Assembly: GCA_963663965.2 (NCBI GenBank) | Contig: CAXXFK010000016.1 | Span: forward strand, 15,525 to 79,524 | DNA length: 64,000 bases | Direction of reading: 5' to 3' | Origin: Sedimentisphaerales bacterium | GTDB taxonomy: Bacteria > Planctomycetota > Phycisphaerae > Sedimentisphaerales > SM23-30 | In this document: piece by piece, positions 52,673 through 61,840 of the stretch | Numbering within the stretch: the stretch's first letter is position 1 | Layout of the letters: the number at the start of each line of letters is the position of its first letter | The notes under the pieces: generated by a model | What the model saw: only the letters and a program-made list of their open reading frames with translations | Databases searched by the model: none | What the model was told of the DNA's origin: nothing | Program-made: the position numbers and the translations under genes

Positions 52673-53859
52673 GATTCATGCTCCCTTTTAACCAGGGATT
52701 TCATTTGGATATCCTGGGGTAATTGCGCGATGGGCCGGGTAATCTGAAATTCGCCCCGCCGAATTTCGTCTGCCAGCAGAGTCGCAATTTCCAGCGCTTT
52801 ATGATAAGAGGACAAGGATCCCACTTCAATCTTTTTGCCCTCGAGTTCGATTTGCCCGGAACGTAATTGTTCATAATTAACATGGGTAATCACCCTGCCG
52901 GTCTTTTGTGGATAATCACGACTATAGTCAACCACCGGCGCCAGAATATCCCGGTCCCGGACACAGGTTCGCCGAAGAACCTGCTCATTTAAAATCGGAA
53001 TGGGAATCCCCACACCCAATGCCAGTGATATGCCATATCCCCGGAAACTGACGCCGCGCACATATTCAGGCTTCATTTGTTTCATGTCGGCAGTAAGCGC
53101 CAGAGTACCGGCGCCTTCAGTAGGCACGCCCCCCGGAGTACGCGGACATCCTCCGGCATGCTGAGTGCCTTCAGCATAGACGTGTCCATGAGCGCCGGCC
53201 AGCCAGACACGGGTTCCAACGCCAATGGTCTCGTAGTACGGATCATTCAGGAGTGGCGAAAGCTGCCCGGCGGAACAATAGTTTGCGTTTTTCCGATTGG
53301 GTTCCAATTGCCCCATATACGTATAGATTTTTCGCTCAGAGTCATTGATAGCAACATTATAGTTCTGATAACAGTTACGCGGATTGACCATAATGGCCTG
53401 ATTCAGGTCATGAATGGTAAAATAGGTACGCAATTCACGAAGGGGATAGCAATCCGTACCGTAGGACAGGGCAAACAGTTGGAGGGTTTTACCGGCAACC
53501 AGGTCTTCCATGACATGCCCGCCACCATATCGAAACTCACCCGGATGATACATATTAGCTGGATCGCCATGGCGTATCTGGGTAGCGCCGAGATACACAT
53601 CGACTGCGGCAATCCCGGTGTAAACCAGCACATCGGATATCCAGGCTTCTGACATGCGGATCTTAGGCGCGGAATGGCCAAAGTTGAGAAAACAGCCCGA
53701 TGAACACATCGGCCCAAAGGTAGCCGTTGTAACAACATCCACCTCACGGGCAGCGGCTTCCAGACCCTTTTTATCCACGTAATCCATTATTTCATCGGCA
53801 GTCAGAACAACCGCCTTGCCCGATTCGATACGATCATTGATTTGTTCGTAGGTTTTCAT
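52669..53859 (-). CDS. Homocysteine biosynthesis enzyme (DUF39/COG1900, aspartate-semialdehyde sulfurtransferase type), no CBS domains
   Basis: KTYEQINDRI, VDVVTTATFGPMCSSG, YGGGHV, NPRNCYQNY and GQLSPLLNDPY. Confidence 0.92.
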   Translation of the reverse strand: MKTYEQINDRIESGKAVVLTADEIMDYVDKKGLEAAAREVDVVTTATFGPMCSSGCFLNFGHSAPKIRMSEAWISDVLVYTGIAAVDVYLGATQIRHGDPANMYHPGEFRYGGGHVMEDLVAGKTLQLFALSYGTDCYPLRELRTYFTIHDLNQAIMVNPRNCYQNYNVAINDSERKIYTYMGQLEPNRKNANYCSAGQLSPLLNDPYYETIGVGTRVWLAGAHGHVYAEGTQHAGGCPRTPGGVPTEGAGTLALTADMKQMKPEYVRGVSFRGYGISLALGVGIPIPILNEQVLRRTCVRDRDILAPVVDYSRDYPQKTGRVITHVNYEQLRSGQIELEGKKIEVGSLSSYHKALEIATLLADEIRRGEFQITRPIAQLPQDIQMKSLVKREHES

Positions 53860-53955
53860 AAATTATACAACAGGAAAAGCCCTTATTTTAGTCTTAATCC
53901 GGTGAATTGAACTTATTCTTAATCGCAGGGTGAAATGTCCGGTGCGTCTGAATGT

Positions 53956-54201
53956 TCAGATTTTCTCATAGGTCCCATCACCGCGTTTTTTTAATTTTGT
54001 AAATCCTTTGTCTTTCAGATTGCCATCAGACAGCATGGGAGTGAATCCGGCGCAAAGACTGGGCACTTTCTGGATGGGCGATGAACACTGCGGACATTTC
54101 TTCAGCGGAGTGTCTTTCATGCTTTGCATGATTTCAAAACCATCCCGGCAATGATTACAGGCTTTGTCAGTTTGAATGGCTTTATATTGATACAGGGGCA
54201 T
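53956..54201 (-). CDS. FmdB-family zinc-ribbon protein
   Basis: MPLYQY...CNHC...FEIMQSMKDTPLKKCPQC. Confidence 0.88.
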   Translation of the reverse strand: MPLYQYKAIQTDKACNHCRDGFEIMQSMKDTPLKKCPQCSSPIQKVPSLCAGFTPMLSDGNLKDKGFTKLKKRGDGTYEKI

Positions 54202-54218
54202 AAGATAGATTCCTTGAT

Positions 54219-55145
54219 TTACTCGGCAAAGAGCGCCTCGACAAACGTCGCCGGATCGAATGGCTCGACATCTTCGACGCCTTCGCCAAGACCGACAAAT
54301 TTAACCGGGATCTGAACCTGGTTACGAATAGCCACCACAATGCCTCCTTTTGCCGTGCCGTCCAGTTTGGCCAGAACGATCCCGGTAAGATCAACCGCTT
54401 CTTTGAATATCTTGGCTTGACTGATCGCATTCTGGCCCGTCGTCGCGTCCAGCACCAATAAGACTTCATGGGGAGCGTTGGGTATTTTCTTGGCAACCAC
54501 ATTGCGGATCTTTGTCAGTTCACGCATTAGGTTTTCCTGGGTATGCAAACGCCCGGCCGTATCGATCAGCAGGACATCGGCTTTGCGAGCGATGGCCGCT
54601 TCGCAGGCATCGTAAGCCACCGCGGCAGGGTCGCTGCCCTGCTGATGTTTGACAATCTGAACACCGGCCCGTTCTGACCAGATGGTTAACTGATCGACTG
54701 CGGCCGCCCGGAACGTATCGCAGGCGGCCAGAACCACCTTTTTACCCTGGCCGCTGAGCATGGCGGCGAGTTTACCGACACTGGTAGTTTTGCCGCAGCC
54801 ATTAACGCCCGTTATCATGATGACCGTTGGGGCTGTGTCTGCCATATTCAGCTGTCGGTCCTGAGCCGGCCAGTAATCAATCAATTCCTGCTTGAGAAAT
54901 GGGACAATCTGGTCGGCGGTTTCGATTTTCTTGTCTTTCCAGGCTTTCCGCAGGTTTTCGATGATCTGGATGGTGGTTTCAACCCCAAGATCATCCATAA
55001 TCAGCTTCTCTTCAAGCTCCTCTAATAACGCCTCATCGATACGGCGGCCAAAAGTCAGTATGGATTTAAGCGAGTTGCCGATTTTTTCGCGACTTTTTTT
55101 GAGTCCGTTTTTTAGTTTTTCCAGTGCTTTTGAAAAAAATGCCAT
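54219..55145 (-). CDS. ftsY: Signal recognition particle receptor FtsY (NG domain only)
   Basis: [21 protein letters not shown] and KLDGTAKGG. Confidence 0.97.
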   Translation of the reverse strand: MAFFSKALEKLKNGLKKSREKIGNSLKSILTFGRRIDEALLEELEEKLIMDDLGVETTIQIIENLRKAWKDKKIETADQIVPFLKQELIDYWPAQDRQLNMADTAPTVIMITGVNGCGKTTSVGKLAAMLSGQGKKVVLAACDTFRAAAVDQLTIWSERAGVQIVKHQQGSDPAAVAYDACEAAIARKADVLLIDTAGRLHTQENLMRELTKIRNVVAKKIPNAPHEVLLVLDATTGQNAISQAKIFKEAVDLTGIVLAKLDGTAKGGIVVAIRNQVQIPVKFVGLGEGVEDVEPFDPATFVEALFAE

Positions 55146-55147
55146 TG

Positions 55148-55621
55148 TTAAACCTCTTGCTTTTCGGGCTCGGACTGTTGACGCAGTTTCTGCAAGATCG
55201 CGTCCAGAACGCCATTGATAAACTTGGGTGCATCGTGCGAACTGAAGATCTTGGCCAGTTCGATCGCCTCATTAATCACCACTCGGGGAGGAATATCCGG
55301 ACAATCCAGCATCTGGTGAGTAGCCAATCGCAGATTACTGCGATCCACGACACTGATTCGTTTGATATTCCAGTTGCGACTGACCCCCTGTATAATCGAA
55401 TCGATATATTGGCGACTGTCCCAGGTTCCTGCAATCCATTGACGAGCCATACGTCGGACTTCCAGAGAGGTCTCCATGTCGGTCAGAAAGGTATCCAGTT
55501 GATTGAAATTGGCGCCTTCTTGAACATCAAACTGATGCAGACATTGCAGCGCCAGTTGTCGGGCCTGATGGCGCGGATCGTTATGTTTACGTTCATTTTT
55601 ATCGATGGTGGATTTAGTCAT
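55148..55621 (-). CDS. nusB: Transcription antitermination factor NusB
   Basis: RHQARQLALQ, VDRSNLRLA, VVINEAIELAK and FINGVLD. Confidence 0.96.
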   Translation of the reverse strand: MTKSTIDKNERKHNDPRHQARQLALQCLHQFDVQEGANFNQLDTFLTDMETSLEVRRMARQWIAGTWDSRQYIDSIIQGVSRNWNIKRISVVDRSNLRLATHQMLDCPDIPPRVVINEAIELAKIFSSHDAPKFINGVLDAILQKLRQQSEPEKQEV

Positions 55622-55641
55622 GCGGTTTACCGGCCCTGAGG

Positions 55642-56115
55642 TTAGAGTTTGCTCAACTGATCAAAGACACTAACCGTTTCGATGGCGGTTAACGCTGCAT
55701 TGGACCCGATATTCCCTCCTTTGGCCCCAGCTCTGTCAATGGCTTCTTCGATAGTATCACAGGTGATCACCCCGAAGATCGTGGGAACCCCGGTCGTCAT
55801 ACTGACTTCACCAACACCACGGGTAATCTGCTGACAGACATAATCATAATGGGAGGTCTGACCTCGAATCACTGCCGAAAGACAAAGAACTGCATCGAAT
55901 TTGCCCGATTCTGCCATTTTCCGGGCCGCCAGCGGCACTTCAAAAGACCCGGGCACCCACACTACGGTGATTTGGTCATCACTTGCTCCGTGGCGTTTAA
56001 GGGTATCCAGAGCCCCATTCAGCAAGCGGGAGGTAATGAATTCGTTGAAACGGCCAACAACGATTCCATATTTTTCCTGATTGACACGCAGTTGACCGTG
56101 CAATTCCTGAATCAT
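55642..56115 (-). CDS. ribH: 6,7-dimethyl-8-ribityllumazine synthase
   Basis: GIVVGRFN, VPGSFEVP, VIRGQTSHYDYV and FGVIT. Confidence 0.97.
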   Translation of the reverse strand: MIQELHGQLRVNQEKYGIVVGRFNEFITSRLLNGALDTLKRHGASDDQITVVWVPGSFEVPLAARKMAESGKFDAVLCLSAVIRGQTSHYDYVCQQITRGVGEVSMTTGVPTIFGVITCDTIEEAIDRAGAKGGNIGSNAALTAIETVSVFDQLSKL

Positions 56116-56629
56116 ACATAACTCCATTTAAAAAAACATCTTACAGAATTCAATAGCGTTAACAAACAAATAGTATACCGTTTTGATCCGGTTAATTCAA
56201 TATTTCAATGGCTCTCACCCAGAATTGCATGAATAATGGTATCAATACAAAACACTCATGACATTTATTTATGTATCTCATGAAAATATAACAAGATATA
56301 AAAAATAAATGACAAGAACGGTTGCGCTCTTGTTTTCTGATTATGGGGTTTTAAATAATTTAAAAATAGATTTTCATGGATTTTATCACAAATCCTTAAT
56401 GAATGCAAAATATACACAACCGGGTAAAAAAGAATAACCAAAAAAACTTAACATATTGATACTAATAAAGTTAAAACTGTAATCAGGGGTTATGAAGTTC
56501 GACTGTCATATTAAGCGTACTTTTGCCGATAGAAAAAGAATAGTTCTGATTGGATTTAAGCCAAGCTTTATGACAGAATTTGAAACAGCATAAATAGGAT
56601 TCTGATTAGTTCCTGGAGTTATATTTAAA

Positions 56630-57550
56630 ATGAACACAAATCCCACCAACTTTAACGTGACATTGGAAAACCGACTGGATGCGCTGGAAGCATTTGAAGT
56701 GTTCAGCCAGGCGAGAAACCTTTTCTTCTGGATTATCCTGCTGATGTTATTGTTAACACAAACTCTATTCTGGTTGACAGATCAAAACATAATTGGTAAC
56801 CAGCCGGCAACGCGGGATAACAACATCATTGATATCAGCGTGCCGGCATACCAGCCCATGGAAAAACCTGAGTTCATCTGGGTTGATTATCCGGTTCTGG
56901 CACAGCAACCAAACACACCGGATTCATCAACCGCTACGGATTCCCCTTCTGGTGATACGAATCAATCTCCCTCCGTAGAACCCCAAAACAGAACGCTCGA
57001 AGAAAAAACGATACCTCAACCGGCTAAAAAACTTTTTAACAAGGATGGTTATCATTACCTTCTGAAGTTAACCAACTATCTCTGTGCGATATCCTGTCTG
57101 ATCTATTTCCTCTGCCTGATGACCGGCCTGAAACTGGTTATTATCGGCAATCTGGGGGGATTGGCGGATGCGTCCAAGGCGTTATTCCTGTCGTTAATCT
57201 TACTTGCCCTGATTATGCCCTGGCAAAAAATCATCTCTCCTGAAATCCCCGGAGTTCTGTATGGCTGGAAAGAGTTGAATGAGTCCAAATCCAGTGTCCA
57301 GGCTAACGGAGATTTGGTAAGCATGATACTTTACTATACCCGTTTTTGCGGTTTGTGGCTGATCAGCCTCTTGCTGGCAATCTTCTCCCAATGGCGCAGT
57401 GTCAGTTCTGTCAAAGCCGTTCGGCAACGGGTTCGCCAGATGATGAGTTATCTGCCTGCGATGAATGCCGTATCGCCCCCCACCATTACACCGCTCAATA
57501 CCAGCAGTCCTATGAATCAGGACGACAATAAACCCATTCCACTGGAATAG
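56630..57550 (+). CDS. Hypothetical 4-TM membrane protein with a low-complexity loop
   Basis: Four hydrophobic segments, GGAG RBS and a downstream terminator. Confidence 0.75.
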   Translation: MNTNPTNFNVTLENRLDALEAFEVFSQARNLFFWIILLMLLLTQTLFWLTDQNIIGNQPATRDNNIIDISVPAYQPMEKPEFIWVDYPVLAQQPNTPDSSTATDSPSGDTNQSPSVEPQNRTLEEKTIPQPAKKLFNKDGYHYLLKLTNYLCAISCLIYFLCLMTGLKLVIIGNLGGLADASKALFLSLILLALIMPWQKIISPEIPGVLYGWKELNESKSSVQANGDLVSMILYYTRFCGLWLISLLLAIFSQWRSVSSVKAVRQRVRQMMSYLPAMNAVSPPTITPLNTSSPMNQDDNKPIPLE

Positions 57551-57572
57551 TGTTGGCTATATCAAATAAAAT

Positions 57573-57612
57573 AAAAAACCTCCCATTGCTCATCCGGCAT
57601 TGGGAGGTTTTT
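57573..57612. terminator. Bidirectional intrinsic terminator
   Basis: AAAAAACCTCCCA...TGGGAGGTTTTT between convergent genes. Confidence 0.85.
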
Positions 57613-57631
57613 GTTTGATAACAAATGGCGA

Positions 57632-60600
57632 TTATTGCAGCCAGCTATCGCTCATCAACGTCAGATCGAGACCATCGACCACACCGTCATGGTTCAGATC
57701 CGCGCCATCGCACCAGTCTGGACTGTAGCAATCAGCGCCGAGCCACTGGGCACAAATCCCGGCATAATCATCCAGGTTGACCTGGCAATCGAGACTGATA
57801 TCGCTGGCAGCATAAGGATGATTGACATCACCACAGGCGCCGAATACCGGGTCAATACTGATATAACCCTGATCCCACGGAATGGCAATCTCGCCGCCGG
57901 TGAACAAGCTGTTTATATGAACCAGTTCGCCACCCATTTTAGCGTACACATTAATTCCATTGACTACCAGGGTGGAGCCGCCCAGGATACGCAGTCCATC
58001 GGCATCTCCCACTCCGGCCAGATAGAGACATTCTTTACCGGCAGTTCCGCGATTGCCATTATCGACCAGATCGGTCAGATAGCAAACCGTCACCTGATTC
58101 GCCTGTCCGACAATCATTTGACCAATGGCAAAATTATTCGTAAGGGCGCCTTCAAGGCCGCCATCCAGGCATCCTACTTCAAAATACTGCAATTCCACCC
58201 CGGGATTATTGGGATCATCCGGCAACAGGTCACTGCTTGCCATCGGAGCCGGTTGGGTAACTCCGGCCGAAGCCAGCTGATGAGAACGGATAGAACCCGC
58301 CAATTCGAGGAAATCATCCGCAATAGATGCGAACTCATCAGTGGCCAGCATTTCATAATAGGTGCGTTCAGTTGTCGAGAATGTCGATTTACCGGCCGGC
58401 ATCAAACCCTGTACCATACCAGCCAGCGGCGCCGGCGCCGCGGTTGACGACGGGGTCAACGAACCACTCATATGAACGCGGGCATTTTCCAGTTTGATTT
58501 TCGTTTCATCCGTATGGGCAAAGGTGTAGTTGCCGCCAATAGCCAGCATCGCAAAACCAGTGCCATTGATCGTACTGCTGGCGCCATAAAGCAGATTCTG
58601 CATCACATCGACATGAGTCTCCTGATCGGTCAGAACCAGATCAAGATAACCGCTGGCATACACGCTTCCCAGTGAAACAGTACCTTGGTTGGCGGCGATA
58701 AGCACCCGGCCGCTGCCGGCGCTGGCAATTTCGTTCAGGCTGGACAGGTCAATCGATCCGCCCGTATCGATCAGAATATCCAGCCGGTCTTCTCCACGAT
58801 ATGGAGCGGTAATCGTATCCACTTCCGACAAATCAATATGCGCGTTCAAACCGGCCCGTATTTTTTGAACATTGCGAAGTGCCGTTATTATCATTGAAAC
58901 CACTATAGATACTCTCCAGCGATGAGAGATCCAACCAGGTATCATCACCCGTAACAATAAATAGGTCCCGGTTATATTGAGAACCATCCCAGTTGACAAC
59001 CTGATTCAAACCGCTGGAAGAATAACTCTTGGCGGAGATATTATCGCTCAGCACACCCCATTGGAGACCCTGATCAAGATAGAGGGTGGAATTACTGATG
59101 TTTTTCAATGAGCCCACCACGAAAGACCGGTCAGGATTGAGGGCGATCGAACTATAGGTGAATTCCGTGGCTAATGGGGCAAAGATAGAACCGCCATCAT
59201 TCAGGGTAATGGCTGATGAGGCAATCCTCGAGAGCGCCGGCAGATTCAGCAGGGCCTGATCTTCAATGACCACCGTCGCCCCTAACACTTCCAAGTGTTC
59301 GGCATTGACTGTCGAATCCAGTCCCAGGTTTAAATATCCACTGGCCATAGACGAAATGGAAGGCATATTCACCGTAACACCTTCTCCAAGAATAAACTGG
59401 CCATAAGTGGACTGCTGCAGCGAATCCAGCGACCAGATCGGCCGGTCGACATAAAATCGTTATAACGCCCTGAGTCCGGCTCTGGATCGTTTGCAAACTG
59501 GATAGGTCAATATTGGAATCAGGATCAATAAAAAAATCAACTCGATCTTCACCGCGATGCGGTCCGGTAATCGTCGACACTGATGACAAATCGATGACGC
59601 CTCCATTCAGCGCCTTGATTTTCTGGGATGAAACATTGCCAGTAGAGTCATCATATCCAAGATAAAGACTCGTTAATGTTGACAAATCCAGCAAGCTGCC
59701 CGGATCCGTGGCTATCAGCAGATCACGGTTGTATTGGGAGCCATCCCAGTTAATTCCGCCGCCCAGTCCGGTATTGGTGTAACTGAGCGCGTTAAAATTC
59801 CGGACAGTACGCCCCACTGCAATCCACTGCTGACGGTCAGCATGGTATTATCCATATTGCCCAGTTCCCCCATGTAAAGACCCGGCTGGGATTCAGCTCA
59901 ATCGAGATATTATTGAAACGAATCAGATTCGGTGCCAGAATCGTACCTTGATCCATCAGATTGATGGTATTGGAATTAAGGTATCGAGTAGCGGCGCATT
60001 GAAAACTGCCCCGGCTTGAACGGTCAGTGAACCGCCAAACGAATTCAGCACATCGGCATTACAGGTGGCATTGGTCGGCAGGTATATCGATCCATTCGAA
60101 AGGGTTTGTAACAATGGCAAGTCCAGAGAGCAGCTTTCTTTTAAATAGAAGTCGCCTCCCGCGGCGTTTAATAATGAACTGAGTGTCCAGCTCGATTGAG
60201 AGGAATCGAAACGAACATGACCTCCGCCGGGACTCAGGATGGTTTTCAGCCCGGACAGATCGATACTGGCGCTTTCATCCATAATAAAAATCTAGCGGTC
60301 TTCACTTCGTGCCGGAGCGGTGATGGTTTCTAGACCCGAAAAATCGATAAGGCGCCGCTGCGCGCGATAATCTTGTGAACATTTCGTTCGCCATTACTGT
60401 CATTGAACGCATCGTTCAATTGCGTAATGGAAGAAAAATCCAGAACCGAACCGGTGCCATCCACAACGATAATTTCTCGATTATAACTGACTGCCATTCC
60501 AATTGTAATTTTGATCAATGAGGTCAGGGTATAACTCAGGGCATTCAGATTGCCATCAGAAACTCCCCAGGTCGCTCCCGCGCCCAGATTAAACAGGAGT

Positions 60601-61744
60601 TATCGATATTGTGGATTACACCGGTAATAAATGAGCGATTGGGAGTCAGGGTGACCGAACTGCTGCTGAACTCTTGCGCTTTAGGTGCGTAGAGAGTGCC
60701 CCCCTCCTGCAGGTTAACGGCTAGACCATTCAAAGTAACCACTTCCGGCGCGTTGAGAGTTGCCCCCTTATCAATAGTCATGGAACCACTCAGTGAAATA
60801 AGACTGGGAACATTCAGGGTTGAATTGGTCATAAGGTTATGGCTGCCGTAAAGCATGCTCTGGAGAACCGGCAGATCGACCACAGTTCCCTCATCCAGCC
60901 AGAACGCGCCATAATATGATTCCACCAGCGAATCCAGACTCCATTGCGGCTTGCTGATGACAAAGCGAACCTGTCCGTTGGTGCGACTGTTGAGCGTATG
61001 CAATATTGGCAGGAGTAATTCGGAGTAGAGTCAACACTGATCTCCAGACGGTCTTCTCCACGATGAGGACCGGTAATTAATGTCACCGATGACAGGTCCA
61101 GTTCAGCCCCGCCCAGGATACGAAATTTCTGAGCGCTTGGATTGCCGGTACTGTCATCGTAACCGGCATAGATGCTGGTCAACTGGGACAGGTCTAATCG
61201 GCTGCCTGGATCTGACACCACGATAATATCACGGTTGTATTGACTGCCATCCAGTTGATGCCGGCGCCCAGTCCACTGGTGGACATACTCCGCGCCGGTA
61301 CCGTCACCTGACTGCCTCCGGTTACCGTAAACCTGGCCGTATTGCTCAGGAGAAAATCGCCATAGCTCATCCCGGTAAATTCGGCCGCATCGACAGTTAA
61401 CTGGCCATATAGATTCCCACTGTTTTGAACCGTCAGACTCGTATCCGGATAGACTGTCAGACTCGTTCCGGAGGCCATATTCAAACCATAAAGCTGTATG
61501 GCGGTAGGCACATCAAAAATCACCGAAGCGCTGCCGGTAATATTGGCAATATAGTCATCCCAGTAATCATTGAAAGGAATCAGGTAATTATCCCAGTTAT
61601 CCGGTTCCCAATATTCTGTTGAAACCGTACCGGTCCAGGTGGAAGTGACCAGATCGGCCGAAACCGGCCGGGTCATCCAACATCCAATAACCAGTATTAC
61701 CACACTGGTAAGCATCATTCTACGTGCCAGATTCTGTAAAACAT
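57632..61744 (-). CDS. Giant secreted solenoid protein (~1370 aa) with four ~250-aa repeats and a C-terminal dockerin-like domain; many frameshifts
   Basis: AAGGAG before ATG 61744, signal peptide, recurring LDLSSL/LPxL strands, NWxGSQYNR four times, and tail SDISLDCQVNLDDY...WL...ADLNHDGVVDGLDLTLMSDSWL. Confidence 0.8.
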
Positions 61745-61840
61745 AACTTTCTCCTTATAAAAGAGGATCTGTTTGTTAATGTTTAATTTCAAATTAATAT
61801 CTGATCGTGAATCGGTCTGATGACAAATCCGTGAAATTGA

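Noticed and set aside
53860..53955. SAM riboswitch ahead of the homocysteine cassette
   Set aside because: No SAM-I core (ATC..GAG, GAGGGA..GGCCC, GCAACC) and too little room.
58700..61330. Diversity-generating retroelement template/variable repeat pair
   Set aside because: The repeats differ at all base types, are in-frame protein repeats, and no reverse transcriptase is present.
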